IMG/VR virus record: IMGVR_UViG_3300020185_000014
Span: 52,070-116,069 of that record
DNA: 64,000 nt
Reading direction: 5' to 3' (one strand)
From: a virus
In this document: positions 21,275-30,883 of the stretch, in pieces
How the letters are laid out: the number at the start of each line of letters is the position of its first letter
Numbering within the stretch: the first letter of the stretch is position 1
Translations under genes and position numbers: made by a program
Notes under the pieces: generated by a model
What the model was told of the DNA's origin: nothing
Seen by the model: only the letters and a program-made list of their open reading frames with translations
The model's database searches: none

Positions 21275-22096
21275 TTAATTTCTTACAAGGCGAGCGAACT
21301 CTTGCACTATTTTTCTAACAGAATTTGGTTTTATGATACGAATAGTTTTGACCGATTCGTTCTGCCCTTCGAAGTATTCTTGGTTTGTAACTGCGTTAGC
21401 ACCGGCGAGCGAGGTTGATAAATCGAACGGGTCGATGTCGATACGCTCTCCGCTGTTGTTTGTGTAATGATGCGGTGCGTTATGTTCAACTACATTATTA
21501 TAGAACCCTGATCCGTATATGGAAGAATAAGTGTATCTAATGTAACTAGGGTTGTAAGGATATAAACCGTTGTCGAAATACATCGTATCAATGTTGGTCA
21601 TTGAAGATTTGTTACCAGATAAAGATGATACATATTTCAAGACGACTTTCCCGATGTCTAGATTTAAATGTACGACAGAAGCAATCGTATCGTTGTTAAT
21701 AATTACTTGCTGCCCCGTTGATAACCGTTTGCCGAGAACAGTCGAACTCGTGAAGAGATCTTTGACTCTGTGGGTTCCGTCTATTTGTACTGAATAATTA
21801 GGATAAATCACTTTCGCCTTTTCTTCAACGTCTTGTCGAGTCAAAGGCCAACCGCATTCACGCAAACTGGGATTGGACAAGAAAAACGTCCAATAATATT
21901 CTGTGCTACCATACAACTGATATGACAGCGTGTCTGGTCTATCGCCGTCCTTTATCACATGATTACTATAGAACGAAACGTCATCGACGAGTTGATCGAT
22001 TAAGTCAACATAAACCCCCATATTTTCGATGTAGTTGAAAGTTTTTTCGTTTCCGAAATAATACGGAACCAGGGGAAAATTATTAAAATACGCCAT
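21275..22096 (-). CDS. gp53: Baseplate wedge subunit gp53
   Basis: YFNNFP...DGDRPDTLSYQLYG..YYW...WPL; HHY; NESVKTIRIIKP. Confidence 0.88.
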   Translation of the reverse strand: MAYFNNFPLVPYYFGNEKTFNYIENMGVYVDLIDQLVDDVSFYSNHVIKDGDRPDTLSYQLYGSTEYYWTFFLSNPSLRECGWPLTRQDVEEKAKVIYPNYSVQIDGTHRVKDLFTSSTVLGKRLSTGQQVIINNDTIASVVHLNLDIGKVVLKYVSSLSGNKSSMTNIDTMYFDNGLYPYNPSYIRYTYSSIYGSGFYNNVVEHNAPHHYTNNSGERIDIDPFDLSTSLAGANAVTNQEYFEGQNESVKTIRIIKPNSVRKIVQEFARLVRN

Positions 22097-23031
22097 TAGT
22101 ATCCTTCCACAATTAATTCGCGCGTCAGTGCGCGAGATTCTGTAAAGTTTAGAGACATCTGGATATCGGTAAAGTTACCGTCCGGATGGAACCCAGCATT
22201 TTCAGAGTTATACACGACGCTCACGGTTCTAAGGTAACAATCTAAAAACTTAGTGGCGATTTCCTTTCCATCATACTCAAACCGAACTTCAAACATGTTT
22301 GGAATTTTATAACCCAAAGAAATAGGAACGTTGTCTGCGGCGGATATCGTTCCAGGGTAAAGTTCTGTCCTGAAGAATTTAATTATGTTTTTTATTTCTT
22401 CTGCTTCTTCTTTAGATTTACCAATCATTCGGAAAGTAAACGGCAGTTCCCTTAGCGGTACAGACTCGAACATCGCCCTTGTGTTTGGGTTGATTACGGT
22501 TCTTGTGTTTAGGGCGACCGCGCCGCCAATCTGATCGCCGAACTTACTTGAAGTTCTACTCAATGCAAGTCGCGCGAGCGGGGTATCGAAACTTTTTGTA
22601 GAAAAACTTTCCGCGAATGATTGGACGCCGTCGGTCATCGATTTAACTGCAGCGCCAGCAATGCTCGCGCCGCTTTGCATTCCACCCTCAAGGGTTGCGC
22701 CGAGCGTTCCGAGGTCTAAGTTGCTATACTGAACTGCGTCAGTGATACTAATATTTTCCGGTAGGTACAGTTCAACTTTCGATCCGTAGTTCTTCGACCT
22801 TTCTACACCAGAAACATCGGTTTGACTTTCATCTGATCCGCTGTTCTTATTCGCCACGTCAGACGACGCTGGTTCAGATGTTTCGCCGTCCTGCGATTGG
22901 AGATACTTTCCAACTTGTTTTGATTGTCTAGCGATAATTGCTGTCGATATTGGTTCGACTTTTACCAAGCGAAAAATAACTCTTCCTTTATAGTTGTCTT
23001 GGTCGACTAGAGGGTATGTGTAGTTTGGCAT
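22096..23031 (-). CDS. gp48: Baseplate tail-tube cap gp48
   Basis: LYLPE, NPNTRAMFESVPLR.FTF, EAEEIKNIIKFFR, MSLNFTE. Confidence 0.85.
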   Translation of the reverse strand: MPNYTYPLVDQDNYKGRVIFRLVKVEPISTAIIARQSKQVGKYLQSQDGETSEPASSDVANKNSGSDESQTDVSGVERSKNYGSKVELYLPENISITDAVQYSNLDLGTLGATLEGGMQSGASIAGAAVKSMTDGVQSFAESFSTKSFDTPLARLALSRTSSKFGDQIGGAVALNTRTVINPNTRAMFESVPLRELPFTFRMIGKSKEEAEEIKNIIKFFRTELYPGTISAADNVPISLGYKIPNMFEVRFEYDGKEIATKFLDCYLRTVSVVYNSENAGFHPDGNFTDIQMSLNFTESRALTRELIVEGY

Positions 23032-23040
23032 TCCAATCTC

Positions 23041-23069
23041 AATAAATAAGTTTACATGGATTATTTATA
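23041..23069. promoter_or_regulatory. Divergent late promoters: TATAAATA (-, 23062-23069) for gp48 and AATAAATA (+, 23041-23048) for gp4
   Basis: Both motifs lie in the 47-bp divergent gap. Confidence 0.65.
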
Positions 23070-23078
23070 GCGAAATAT

Positions 23079-23588
23079 GTGAAAACTTATAAGGGAAAAT
23101 ATAAACCGAAGAATCCTGACAAATATAAAGGCGACCCAACCGGCGTTGTCTATCGTTCGGGGTGGGAGAGGTCAGTAATGCTCCATTTCGATAACTCATC
23201 TGATGTTGTGTCATGGTCAAGCGAAGAAGTGGTCGTTCCGTATATTTATGACGTCGACAAAACCAGACACCGATATTTCGTCGACTTCTTAGTCACTTAC
23301 AAAAACGGAACCACGCTTCTAATCGAAGTCAAACCCAATAAAGAAACCACCCCACCGAAGAAAGTCAATACTCGGAACAAGAAATATATGACCGAAGCAT
23401 TGACTTATGTTCGAAACATGAACAAGTGGGAAGCAGCGATTGAGTATTGTAAAGACCGAGGATGGAAGTTTGAGATATGGACCGAAGTAGAACTACGAAA
23501 CATGGGCATACTTCCCAAACCGTTAAAAAAGTTGAAACCGCTTCCAGCGTATTCTAAAAAACCTAGAACTCCTAGAAAAAAGTTATAA
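23079..23588 (+). CDS. gp4: Head completion nuclease gp4
   Basis: YKGKYKPKNPDKYKGD, YRSGWE, WSSEE, HRYFVDF, IEVKP, KWEAA. Confidence 0.92.
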   Translation: MKTYKGKYKPKNPDKYKGDPTGVVYRSGWERSVMLHFDNSSDVVSWSSEEVVVPYIYDVDKTRHRYFVDFLVTYKNGTTLLIEVKPNKETTPPKKVNTRNKKYMTEALTYVRNMNKWEAAIEYCKDRGWKFEIWTEVELRNMGILPKPLKKLKPLPAYSKKPRTPRKKL

Positions 23589-23591
23589 ATA
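23584..23591 (+). promoter_or_regulatory. Late promoter TATAAATA
   Basis: Exact match overlapping the gp4 stop, upstream of gp2. Confidence 0.75.
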
Positions 23592-23617
23592 ATCCATAAG
23601 ACATTCCGGTTATTAAT

Positions 23618-24202
23618 ATGAGCAACCTATTCGCCAGATACGAAAGAGAAGCATTTCGCGCTGGGATTCAACCCAGAACAAAAGAGTCTAGAGAATGGTT
23701 TAGAAATAAACTCAAAACGGTTCGGCGGGTTGACCGTAACAAACTGATGAAAGAAGCGGAATTGGTCAAAACCGATCAAAGTATCGCAGGGCACATGTAC
23801 ATGTTTTCCTATGACCCAAAAACCAAAGACACGTTGCCGTATTACGATAAATTTCCTTTGGTAATTGTAGTCGGTCCCGCGAAAGGAGGGTTCTATGGGA
23901 TCAATCTCCACTATCTTCCTCCCGCACTAAGAGCGAAGTTTCTTGATGGATTGTTGGACATCACTAACAATAAAAGATACGACGAAACGACCAAATTCAG
24001 ACTGTCATACAAGTTTCTTAAATCAAGTTCGAAAATGAAATACTTTGCTCCATGTTTCAAACATTATTTGACGGAACACGTCAGAGGTCAATTCGCAAAG
24101 GTATTAGCGCCAGAATATGAGATTGCGGTTTTCTTACCGACGGCAGACTGGGCGAAAAGTTCATCCGGCAAAATCTATGGCGATTCTAGGAGAATGATTT
24201 AA
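23618..24202 (+). CDS. gp2: DNA end protector gp2
   Basis: YDPKTKDTLPYYDKFPLV...GINLHYLP...FKHYL. Confidence 0.92.
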   Translation: MSNLFARYEREAFRAGIQPRTKESREWFRNKLKTVRRVDRNKLMKEAELVKTDQSIAGHMYMFSYDPKTKDTLPYYDKFPLVIVVGPAKGGFYGINLHYLPPALRAKFLDGLLDITNNKRYDETTKFRLSYKFLKSSSKMKYFAPCFKHYLTEHVRGQFAKVLAPEYEIAVFLPTADWAKSSSGKIYGDSRRMI

Positions 24203-24870
24203 TGTCATACAGCATCGAACAACTACAAGGGTTGATTTCCGCCAAAGAGGGATTCGCGCGATCTAATCTGTTCAGAGTAATACTTCCATCGATGTCAAGA
24301 ATAACGGGAAGCGACAACGCGACTGATATTTCGTCTAACGAGTTAAACCTCTACTGCAAAAACGTTGCATTACCTGGAAAGCAAATTACAGGAGCAGTCT
24401 CAAAGATTGGTCTAATGAGTTTTAATGTGGCGAATGGTTTCGCTAACGACCCTGTGACCATGACCTTCAGGGTATTCAATCGACCCGATATATTAACATA
24501 TTTCCGCGAATGGCGTGATACCATTATTACAGAAGACTATCAGGTCGGGTACTACAACGATTATGTTAAAGGAATCAAAATTCAACTGTTGAAGAAAGGG
24601 TTTGCATTTCCGCTCTTCAATAAACAACTAAACCTGAACATACCGGAATCAATTAGAAAATCATTGCCGAGTCTAGGTCCAATAAACTTTGCTCAAAATG
24701 AAATAGATATAGATTTTAAAACAGACGATCAGGTGATCTACACCTACGATTTAATTGACGCATATCCGTCTACGTTCACAAGCATCACCCTTTCGGACGA
24801 CGAGCAGGATGGATTGATAGAGATAACAGTTTCTTTCGCCTTCAAGGATTTTAAAGAATCTGAAATTTAA
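24202..24870 (+). CDS. gp54: Tail-tube initiator (gp54/gp19 family)
   Basis: GFARSNLFRV, CKNVALPG, LIDAYP; gp2-gp54-gp26 synteny. Confidence 0.7.
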   Translation: MSYSIEQLQGLISAKEGFARSNLFRVILPSMSRITGSDNATDISSNELNLYCKNVALPGKQITGAVSKIGLMSFNVANGFANDPVTMTFRVFNRPDILTYFREWRDTIITEDYQVGYYNDYVKGIKIQLLKKGFAFPLFNKQLNLNIPESIRKSLPSLGPINFAQNEIDIDFKTDDQVIYTYDLIDAYPSTFTSITLSDDEQDGLIEITVSFAFKDFKESEI

Positions 24871-24885
24871 TAATGGAGATTTATA

Positions 24886-25587
24886 ATGGCATTACCTAAA
24901 CTCAACGACTCGCCGAAGTACTCGATAACGATTCCATCAACAAACAAAGAAGTATCTTTCAGACCATACTTGGTTAAAGAAGAGAAGGTCTTAATGATGG
25001 CGCTCGAGACTGAAGACCAGAAGAGCGCGTTAATGGCGATTGCAGATACTATCGAAGCATGTGTATTTGAGAAAATCGACACTCGCAAACTAACAACGTT
25101 CGACGTCGAATATATGTTCACTCAAATCCGCGCGAAATCCGCAGGAGAAACCGCTTCCATCGGAATTAAATGCAATTCGTGTTCGGCGATCAACGATGTT
25201 GTAATTAAGTTAGACGACATTAATGTTGATGTTCCGGTAACAGAAAACATCATTAATTTAACCGACGAAGTATCGATCGAACTTAGATGGCCATCATATT
25301 TCGAGATCACCGGATTCGATACAGATAAATCTCCAAGCGCGGCGGCATTCGAAATGGCGGCACTATGCATAGAAGCGATTATGCACGAAGGTGAACGAAC
25401 CCTTGCAACAGATTGTAGTAACAAAGAATTAATGGAATTTATCGAATCAATGACAACAGAACAGTTTAAGTCTGTTACAGATTATATCGCACTAATGCCT
25501 CAAATGCAACACAGAGTTGATTTTGATTGTAGTAAGTGCGGTGAAGAAAACCATATCGACGTTAAAGGATTGCAGAATTTTTTTTAA
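24886..25587 (+). CDS. gp26: Baseplate hub assembly protein gp26
   Basis: MALPK...FRPYLVKEEK...IRAKSAGE; two CxxC; ends LQNFF. Confidence 0.9.
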   Translation: MALPKLNDSPKYSITIPSTNKEVSFRPYLVKEEKVLMMALETEDQKSALMAIADTIEACVFEKIDTRKLTTFDVEYMFTQIRAKSAGETASIGIKCNSCSAINDVVIKLDDINVDVPVTENIINLTDEVSIELRWPSYFEITGFDTDKSPSAAAFEMAALCIEAIMHEGERTLATDCSNKELMEFIESMTTEQFKSVTDYIALMPQMQHRVDFDCSKCGEENHIDVKGLQNFF

Positions 25588-25772
25588 TTAACCTCTCTCA
25601 TGATAATTTGGTTAATCATTTTAGAACCAATTTCGAATTAATGCATAGTCACAAATATTCATTGACCGAACTTGATAACATGATGCCTTGGGAGAGGGAA
25701 ATTTACATAACGCTTTTGACGCAGAGAATTAAAGAAGAAAACGATTTAAGGAAACAACAAAGTGGCAGATAG
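25578..25772 (+). CDS. gp51: gp51-like segment in the -1 frame relative to gp26 (not in the ORF track)
   Basis: -1 frame reads LINLSHDNLVNHFRTNFELMHSHKYSLTELDNMMPWEREIY...GR*; begins at a T8 run. Confidence 0.8.
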   Translation, partial: FFLINLSHDNLVNHFRTNFELMHSHKYSLTELDNMMPWEREIYITLLTQRIKEENDLRKQQSGR

Positions 25773-27090
25773 TAATATCATCATTACAAGTTCAATCGAA
25801 TCGTTGCGTAGAAGCAACCCCGAAGCACTTCGTCCGCAAGAATCCTCCGGAGGCGAAGCTGGCGGTGGATCTTCCTTCGATTTATCGCCGTTGGTCGAAT
25901 TATCTCAACTGATGCTCGCCGAGATTAAATCTGTTAATATGAATTTCGAATTGTTTTTCGAAAAAATGGAATTAGCGCGGTTGAAATCTAGAGACTCTGG
26001 TCCAGCAGAAAGTCCGTCCGCACCCTCCGTTAATGCGCCGGAAAGTGAGAAAGATGATTCTGGGTTTCTGTTCGACGGGATTGTTGCCGGTTTCATGGCA
26101 TTTAAATCAACCATCGTATCTTTTGCGTTGAGGTTTAAAAACTTCATCAAAATTATCGCAAAACCGTTTGTGATAATCACTGCGGCAGTCACAGGCATCC
26201 TTGGTTTCATTGAGGGGTTTACAGAAAATGCAGACGACACTATGGGAGAAAAGATAACCAGAGGGATAATGCGCGGCATCGAGAATATCATAGATGTTAT
26301 TGTTGCTTGGCCTGCACAGTTATTAGTTGATACTGTAGCGTGGTTGTCCAGAGCTCTCGGGGCAGAAGGCATTGCTGATTACTTAGATAGGGTTGATATA
26401 AGAAAGGCATTAGCAGACATGTTCGATTATTTCGAATCATTCATTGAACCGATTGGCGCGATGATCGATTCTGTAATCGCGGTATTTCAATCCGATCAAG
26501 TTAAAGAACTCATCGAGGGAGTCAAAGGTAAAATTATCGACGGGTTCAATTCTGGAATAGAAACTCTATCCGGCATCATGAACACTATCTTCAGTGCAGT
26601 GCAGTGGTTTAGCGAAACTGACATGGAAGAAAAGGTTGAAGGAGGTCTCGGGTTATTCCGAGATGTCGTAGATGGGATTCAAAAGTGGATCGGTAATCTC
26701 GCTTCATCGTTATATGAAGCATTACCAGATTTTTCCAGTTTTGCAAAGTCGTCTATTTCTTTTGTAAAAGATGCATCGGGCGCGGTAGGGAATTTGTTTA
26801 GCGACGATAACACATCGGGCGCGGTAGGGAATTTGTTTAGCGACGATAACACATCGGTCACACCACTAACAAGTTCTACGAGGGAAACATCCGCCGCAAG
26901 TTTATCAGAAGAATCTAGAATCGCCGCAGCACAAAACATTACAGGTCAACAAACATCAGTTAACGTTGTTGATAATAGTGTGAGTTCTACGAGCAATTCT
27001 AGTTCATCTGCAGCAATTATGATGGAGACTCCACCAGCGACAGACCGTTACGATCCAATAAGAGGTCGTAACGGTCTGCGTTTCGCTTAG
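25762..27090 (+). CDS. Putative tape-measure protein (gp29-like)
   Basis: Follows gp26/51; helical and A/G/S-rich with a central hydrophobic stretch; NVVDNS tail. Confidence 0.6.
   Translation: MADSNIIITSSIESLRRSNPEALRPQESSGGEAGGGSSFDLSPLVELSQLMLAEIKSVNMNFELFFEKMELARLKSRDSGPAESPSAPSVNAPESEKDDSGFLFDGIVAGFMAFKSTIVSFALRFKNFIKIIAKPFVIITAAVTGILGFIEGFTENADDTMGEKITRGIMRGIENIIDVIVAWPAQLLVDTVAWLSRALGAEGIADYLDRVDIRKALADMFDYFESFIEPIGAMIDSVIAVFQSDQVKELIEGVKGKIIDGFNSGIETLSGIMNTIFSAVQWFSETDMEEKVEGGLGLFRDVVDGIQKWIGNLASSLYEALPDFSSFAKSSISFVKDASGAVGNLFSDDNTSGAVGNLFSDDNTSVTPLTSSTRETSAASLSEESRIAAAQNITGQQTSVNVVDNSVSSTSNSSSSAAIMMETPPATDRYDPIRGRNGLRFA
26774..26857. repeat. Exact 39-bp tandem duplication in the tape-measure gene
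   Basis: catcgggcgcggtagggaatttgtttagcgacgataaca twice (SGAVGNLFSDDNT x2). Confidence 0.95.
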
Positions 27091-27980
27091 TCGTCCGCTG
27101 CTAACTTGGCGAAGTATGACATGGTATCATCATCATCTACGACAGGCGCTTCGGCAATAACTCGTTGAGTCGATTGTTTTTGAACTGGCGCAACTTCCGT
27201 TGTATCCATAGCAACTTCTTGCTTGGCGGTACGCGGTGCTGCATCTCCTAAGACCATTGCTAGTCTAGCAGAGAGTTCTTCATAAGTCTTGAAGTTTGAC
27301 GCTTCGGTGAACTCAGTTAAATCATAGAGAGACTCATAGATTTGCTCTAGTTCATCGTCGTCTTGCGATAAGACTGAAGGGGTAGAGAATTCTGACTTGT
27401 CATAGTTTCGGTATCCTTCGACTTTACGAATCTTCAGTTTGAAGGACGCGCCTTCCCAAAAATCGAAAGGGTTGATAGGATCCTCGTCAGCAAATTGAGG
27501 TTGCATAACGTCCATGACTTTGTCAAAGATTTTCTTACCAAACGTGTAGAGAAAAACCTTACCTTCGTTGTCAGGGTTTCCTGAGTCTTGCTCAACAACA
27601 ATGTTAGCAACATAGTGGAGTCGACGCTTGCGTTCTCGAGCGATCGCGCGCATTTCGTCACTTTCGGTTGCCCAAAGTTTAGAGTTCATTTCAGAAACAG
27701 GATCCTGTTGACCAATGGAAGTCAAAGACTTCTCAATATACCATTGACCGGTTGGACCTTTGAACCCATGATCCCAATACTTCACCCACGGCAGTTCATT
27801 ACCGGATGGAGCAGGGAGAAAGCGAATAACGGCATAACCGTTACCTGCTTTATCTACGGTAGGTTTCCACTGACGATCATCAACGTAAGACTTCTTCTCA
27901 GTCGAGGATGTTGTATCAGCGGCAGCAATCATCTTACTGATTGCGCTTTTGCGGTTCTTCTTAAGTGTAGCAAATGACAT
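27087..27980 (-). CDS. gp32: Single-stranded DNA-binding protein gp32
   Basis: GNGYAVIRFLP, HGFKGPTGQWYIE, FGKKIFDK, NYDKSEF; acidic tail. Confidence 0.95.
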   Translation of the reverse strand: MSFATLKKNRKSAISKMIAAADTTSSTEKKSYVDDRQWKPTVDKAGNGYAVIRFLPAPSGNELPWVKYWDHGFKGPTGQWYIEKSLTSIGQQDPVSEMNSKLWATESDEMRAIARERKRRLHYVANIVVEQDSGNPDNEGKVFLYTFGKKIFDKVMDVMQPQFADEDPINPFDFWEGASFKLKIRKVEGYRNYDKSEFSTPSVLSQDDDELEQIYESLYDLTEFTEASNFKTYEELSARLAMVLGDAAPRTAKQEVAMDTTEVAPVQKQSTQRVIAEAPVVDDDDTMSYFAKLAADD

Positions 27981-28070
27981 AGTATTTCCTTGTATGTACA
28001 GAGTATTTTAGTTTGTCCACAATATATTCATAATGTATGAGATATATATTACTAAACTTTTTCGCCAATG

Positions 28071-28301
28071 TCAAATCGGCAGTTTATTTGATCGAGGTAG
28101 ATAATTAAGATCCATCGCTTCAACCTCAACCTTGTTCGTGATCGCTTCGTTCAGGTATTTTTTGATATCCTGGACTTCGAGCGAATTCTTTTCACAGATT
28201 AAAATAATTGCATCCATGTACGGTATTCCTTTAATCCGTACAGTCTCTTCAATCATCTTACTGAACTTCTTCTTGGTTAACATCAACCCATCAAGTTTCA
28301 T
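28071..28301 (-). CDS. gp33: Late transcription coactivator gp33
   Basis: FSKMIEE...YMDAI...KVEVEAMDLNYL; start moved to MKLDG (28301). Confidence 0.85.
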   Translation of the reverse strand: MKLDGLMLTKKKFSKMIEETVRIKGIPYMDAIILICEKNSLEVQDIKKYLNEAITNKVEVEAMDLNYLPRSNKLPI

Positions 28302-28785
28302 TAGATTCTCCATATACGCCAATGTCTGGATACCAAACACCATGCGATCGTTTAACATTACCTTCGGCATCGAAGACTGGAACAACACTAACGAATTTAA
28401 TTTTGTGCTGCATATTTTCACCATAATACATATCATTCCAAACACCGGTGGTTAGGTATGATTGCATATTTTTAATATAATTATCAGCAATCTGGTACTC
28501 GAGTCGCTGTTTCCAATCTTTTGATTCGCGGAAGATTTTCATCCCAAGGCGTTTCTCTTGCCAAGTCTTAATCCACATTTTTACTTTGTTTGGATTGAGA
28601 TAATGTTCTTCGTCGAGATCTCTAATAGTTTCGTGCACAGAAAGATTCTTCGCCGGACCTTTCGCTTCGCGCGCTTTCCGTAACCGCTCTCCTGCAGCAA
28701 GTTTCTGCTCAGGGGTCATAGGTTTGCGTTTGCGTTTGATCTTAGTCCGTTCAAACTTTTCGGGTTCTTGATATTTTTTATTCAT
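28291..28785 (-). CDS. Conserved hypothetical basic protein
   Basis: Likely start MNKKYQ (28785); overlaps both neighbours. Confidence 0.65.
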   Translation of the reverse strand: MNKKYQEPEKFERTKIKRKRKPMTPEQKLAAGERLRKAREAKGPAKNLSVHETIRDLDEEHYLNPNKVKMWIKTWQEKRLGMKIFRESKDWKQRLEYQIADNYIKNMQSYLTTGVWNDMYYGENMQHKIKFVSVVPVFDAEGNVKRSHGVWYPDIGVYGESNET

Positions 28786-29590
28786 GACGAATACCGTTAT
28801 TAATTTCAACAATAGAGTCAAGGATCTTAACTTGACGGTCAAGGCGCTGAGCGACCGCACGCAGCGCGTTCACGTCTTTGGGTAGACAATGTCCGCCGAA
28901 CCCAAAGTTGCCGTCAGGTCCAGGCACCTGAGTGTGAGAGCGACCAATTCGGGAATCGATAGTGATAGCGTCGATCATTTGATCGTAACCATCGAAACCG
29001 CACGCATTGAAAAGTGCATGCATTTCATTAAAGAACGTCACCTTGGTCGCTAAGAAACAATTCTCAACATATTTCGAGAACGATGCTTGATCCAACGAGC
29101 AATACTTAACTTCGCTGAGCTGTCGCAAGACTGGGCGAAACAACTCATCCCAGAATCTACAATCATCCCCACCAAAGATCGCGAATGTCTGATTACGAAA
29201 TTCTTCTGTCGGGTTACGGTTTATGTTAGAACCACCAAGAAATTCTGGTGAGTATGTGATACTAAAATTATTGTCGCTATGAATCTTACTTAACCAAACA
29301 GGATCAACAGCGCTCTTAATTAGAAATTTGATATTTTTAATTCTACCGTATTTCTTAAAGATATCATCGACGTTATCAGTAACGCACGACCCGTCGTCTG
29401 GGTTCGCAGGTGTAGCAACACAAACAATAACCGCATCGGGTGGCGAAGTTGCGAAATGCGGAGTATATTTGTGACCCTTAAACGGATCGTCAATAAACAG
29501 GGAATCGCGGACGCTCGCCGACGAATGCTCACTAAGCGCGCCGTGAATCGCTTCGCCGACGGGTCCATATCCAGCAATAACTATTTTCAT
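28778..29590 (-). CDS. UDP-glucose/GDP-mannose dehydrogenase family protein (short form)
   Basis: GYGPVG Rossmann motif, VCVATP, IKS, SPEFL, KYVEN, catalytic GFGGHCLPKD. Confidence 0.88.
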   Translation of the reverse strand: MKIVIAGYGPVGEAIHGALSEHSSASVRDSLFIDDPFKGHKYTPHFATSPPDAVIVCVATPANPDDGSCVTDNVDDIFKKYGRIKNIKFLIKSAVDPVWLSKIHSDNNFSITYSPEFLGGSNINRNPTEEFRNQTFAIFGGDDCRFWDELFRPVLRQLSEVKYCSLDQASFSKYVENCFLATKVTFFNEMHALFNACGFDGYDQMIDAITIDSRIGRSHTQVPGPDGNFGFGGHCLPKDVNALRAVAQRLDRQVKILDSIVEINNGIRHE

Positions 29591-29638
29591 TTTAGGAACT
29601 CTCTATATAATATATTATTGTAACTTATTAGGTTTTAA

Positions 29639-29902
29639 ATGTCAAACGAAATATTTGATTTTGGATTTACCGCAGTCAACGAAGATGAGTTGGACGCGGT
29701 TCAGAGGGCATCGAAAGAGGCAGAATTAAATTATGAGTCGGCGGATAAGTCGCAATCAAAACTCAATGATTTATATAATGCGATACAACCACTCTTGACC
29801 AACCTCAAATTGAACCCCGAGAAAGATTATATCTATTGGCCTGATAGGTTAACAAAGGTCGAATCTTTCGAAGAATATATATTAGAAATCTACACCAAGT
29901 AG
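29639..29902 (+). CDS. Conserved phage hypothetical protein (isolated plus-strand gene)
   Basis: FDFGFTAV...LYNAI.PLL.NL..NPEKDYIYWP. Confidence 0.7.
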   Translation: MSNEIFDFGFTAVNEDELDAVQRASKEAELNYESADKSQSKLNDLYNAIQPLLTNLKLNPEKDYIYWPDRLTKVESFEEYILEIYTK

Positions 29903-30166
29903 ACATACGTTTTCGGCATAGTTATCTGCATCAATTTCTCTAGAGAATGATTCTGATGTTTTCACACGCCGTTCCTTCTCGTATATCTCAACAAGAAATC
30001 CATCATCGGTGAGGCAAACAATTGCCTCGATGGGTTCTTCTCTATGAAAGTGCCGCGATATCTCTACGCGTGTTTTCTTGTTTCCGAATGCCCTATCCCA
30101 GTTGCTAGAAAACTTATCACTTTCCACACTGGTGGGTCTGCGAGACGACCCCTTACCATTCACCAC
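29882..30166 (-). CDS. Hypothetical protein
   Basis: GKGSSRRP...NWDRAF motif common in marine phage small proteins. Confidence 0.6.
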   Translation of the reverse strand: MVNGKGSSRRPTSVESDKFSSNWDRAFGNKKTRVEISRHFHREEPIEAIVCLTDDGFLVEIYEKERRVKTSESFSREIDADNYAENVCLLGVDF

Positions 30167-30722
30167 GAGTTTGCTCCTTCCACCAATCAGGTGCGCCGCG
30201 ATTAGTCCATTTCGACAGCGACTGTTTTGCTTCTAGGTAATAATTCCTATAAGACGCGACTGAATCGCCCTCAACAATGCATTGTGGGTATTGCTTCATC
30301 GCTGGCGTGGGTTGAGTAAACTTTTTGGTTGTGTCGATATGCATCGGAGGATAGCGCAAGATATCTTCTAGTTTTCTAACAGACTCGTGTTTGCGTCCAT
30401 ATCGATGAGTGTATTCCAAACCTAATTGGATCCACAGTTTATACAACCACATGTAATTCGCATGCGATTCTCTGACCCAAAGCGCGGAAGGGTGTGAAAC
30501 ATGACACGCCAAGTACACCTCGCGGTTCATATATGGGTCTTCAAGATACCACCGTTTTACATTTCTTCCTGTCGCCGTTTGACCAATCCACATAGTCCCG
30601 TCACAAATCCGATGAGCGGTGGATAGCAATTGCGCATACTCAACACACATTTTACTCGAGTGAGAATCGTTGTGATGTTGTGCGCAGGTCGTCGGGTCTT
30701 CATGAAGATAGAATATGTTCAA
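30153..30722 (-). CDS. Pyrimidine-dimer glycosylase/DenV-related family protein
   Basis: MNIFYL...KM..E.AQLLSTAH, HPSALW, EYTHRYG..H, SYRNYY...KW. Confidence 0.75.
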   Translation of the reverse strand: MNIFYLHEDPTTCAQHHNDSHSSKMCVEYAQLLSTAHRICDGTMWIGQTATGRNVKRWYLEDPYMNREVYLACHVSHPSALWVRESHANYMWLYKLWIQLGLEYTHRYGRKHESVRKLEDILRYPPMHIDTTKKFTQPTPAMKQYPQCIVEGDSVASYRNYYLEAKQSLSKWTNRGAPDWWKEQTRGEW

Positions 30723-30724
30723 TC

Positions 30725-30883
30725 TTACTTTTCCTCAGTTTGTAAATTCGCTTGTAGTAGTGCTGCATTCCAGAAAGATTTAATTCTGCCGCGCTCACTA
30801 TGTGATAGACTATTGTATAATCTTTTATCTGAAGAAGCAACCTTGTTGACCTTCCGCATAATCTTCGCTGTCTTACCGTTCAT
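30725..30883 (-). CDS. Small basic hypothetical protein (MNGKTAKIMRK...)
   Basis: 52-aa ORF filling the gap, below the track cut-off. Confidence 0.55.
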   Translation of the reverse strand: MNGKTAKIMRKVNKVASSDKRLYNSLSHSERGRIKSFWNAALLQANLQTEEK

